From positions 10,498 to 74,497 of the forward strand of contig DFKW01000003.1 of the NCBI GenBank assembly GCA_002373935.1: a stretch of 64,000 nt of DNA, in the 5' to 3' direction. The translations under genes were made by a program, and so were the position numbers. The stretch's first letter is position 1; each line of letters starts with the position of its first letter. The notes under the pieces are model-generated. The model made no database searches and was not told the DNA's origin. It was given only the letters and a program-made list of their open reading frames with translations. Positions 62,716-64,000 of the stretch are shown here, in pieces. This DNA is from Alphaproteobacteria bacterium UBA3635 (GTDB lineage Bacteria; Pseudomonadota; Alphaproteobacteria; Rs-D84).

Positions 62716-64000
62716 TTATTTTCCCAAAAACAATCCGGCGGCCTGATTCAGAACACCTGAATCTGAATCAACACTGTCTTTATTTATTTTTATATTTTTA
62801 TACGCACCACCAACGGCACCCACACCGGCCACCACACCACCGCCCCAAACGCGCCGTGTGGATGCATCGGATTGGGTGTCTAACTTTTGTTTGTCGGCCT
62901 CGCTGCCCATTTCCGCACGATACAGTGATGCGTATGTTCCATTTTGAACGCCGTTTCCTTTGTCGTCATATAACCCCACCACCGATTTATCCAACACAAC
63001 CTCTGCCTCGATTCCAGGCTGCAACCCCAAATCCGCCTTGCGTTGTTTTAAACTCGCCGCCAAATCAACATACGATTGATACAGGTTTATCAACTGGTTC
63101 GCACCGGGTGTCGTGATATTTTTTGTTTGTCCTAAAATATTTTTATCATTTCCAACCTCGCACCGGAAATTTTCCATATACGCCTCCATGTCCGCCTCGG
63201 CATCTTTATCGGCTTTTTTCTCGGCCAATCCCCGCGCCAGTTCCATACCGCCCAATCCCGTCGCCGCCATAGCCCCCGCAGACCACAAACGATTTTCCAA
63301 GGATGTTTCATTATCCCGTGCGCGTTTGTAATCATCTTCGACACCCTTGATACCATCATCAACGCATTTACCATTTTCTAACTTATATTCCGCCTCGCAT
63401 GCCGTCGGCAAACATTTATCATCCGCGAATTTAAATTCGGTTGCATGTGGAAATTGTGCCTTTTCTTCATCCAAACACTCTGTGCGTTGCGGCACAACCG
63501 GCGATTGCACGGCCGTCCATTTTGCATACATGGTTATTTTATTAGTATCAGCATCCGTCGGTTTAACCGTAAATTCCCCACCATTTTCGCAATCTGTGCG
63601 CCCCGCATCATAACACCAACCATCAAAATTAAATCCATCCCGTTTTGGCACACAATCAATCGTATCATCGGCATAACCGTATGCAGTATCGCACCCCGCC
63701 CCACCATCAAGATTATAACGAATTTGATAAACATCTTCTTCCGCCTCTTCCTCCTCGGTCGGAATTTCAACATTCGGCATTGGTGTTTCAACCGGCACAT
63801 TGTCATCATCTGGGACATCTAAATCAATTTTGGGTTCTTCGACATCGGCATATTTAATTTCAGAACAAATAGGATTATATTTACTCATATTTTGAATATC
63901 ACCATAACCATCAATACATCTTGTGTTATAATCGCACCGCGATATTCCATCGCCCCCGGTCAATTCACACGTCGCGTTTGTTGGTTGACATGATTTACAC
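62716..64000 (-). CDS. Cys-rich surface protein with an InlB B-repeat (Listeria-Bacteroides repeat)-like domain; N-terminus outside window
   Basis: The frame stays open to base 64000. The YQIRYNLDGGAGC....P.RDGFNFDGWCYD......ITMYAKW pattern is present. The C-terminal Gly-rich hydrophobic module is shared with 37235-38086. Confidence 0.7.
   Translation of the reverse strand, partial: CKSCQPTNATCELTGGDGISRCDYNTRCIDGYGDIQNMSKYNPICSEIKYADVEEPKIDLDVPDDDNVPVETPMPNVEIPTEEEEAEEDVYQIRYNLDGGAGCDTAYGYADDTIDCVPKRDGFNFDGWCYDAGRTDCENGGEFTVKPTDADTNKITMYAKWTAVQSPVVPQRTECLDEEKAQFPHATEFKFADDKCLPTACEAEYKLENGKCVDDGIKGVEDDYKRARDNETSLENRLWSAGAMAATGLGGMELARGLAEKKADKDAEADMEAYMENFRCEVGNDKNILGQTKNITTPGANQLINLYQSYVDLAASLKQRKADLGLQPGIEAEVVLDKSVVGLYDDKGNGVQNGTYASLYRAEMGSEADKQKLDTQSDASTRRVWGGGVVAGVGAVGGAYKNIKINKDSVDSDSGVLNQAAGLFLGK

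Overview
This is a chromosomal window from an AT-rich Gram-negative bacterium. It is very probably an alphaproteobacterium, because a clear GcrA cell-cycle regulator is present together with lpxA/lpxB. The backbone is housekeeping: six aminoacyl-tRNA synthetases (argS, leuS, hisS, trpS, lysS plus prfA nearby), tkt, rnhA, adk, aroK, rpiB, rpsD, acpS, mscL, corA, a XerC/D-family recombinase, and five tRNAs (Pro; Val-Leu-Ala-Leu cluster). Interleaved is an unusual load of large Sec-signal, cysteine-rich or repeat-rich surface proteins. These include two paralogous giants of 1313 and 1794 aa with collagen-like triplets, a YadA-type trimeric autotransporter, and a tail-fibre-like protein. The most interesting non-genic or novel signals are listed below.
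- A 28-bp dif-like Xer site at 39176-39203 is preceded by an array of five half-dif repeats inside a 1.25-kb gene-poor tract. This suggests the replication terminus and possible Xer-exploiting element scars.
- A five-gene co-directional cluster (17966-23657) runs from an A24 prepilin-type peptidase through four uncharacterised secreted proteins. One is a 982-aa protein ending in a GH108-like muramidase with a PG-binding module.
- Two hix/gix-like sites (AAACC-TA-GGTTT) lie between a Hin-family serine recombinase gene and the adhesin gene.
- A divergent RelA/SpoT-like nucleotidyltransferase-fold protein is encoded immediately after lysS.
- A 30-nt hairpin repeat family is welded onto the CCA end of every tRNA in the cluster.
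- The tRNA-Pro 3' end is triplicated.
- There are several candidate structured RNAs and palindromic repeat clusters.
All functional calls rest on motif recognition by eye. No database search was run.
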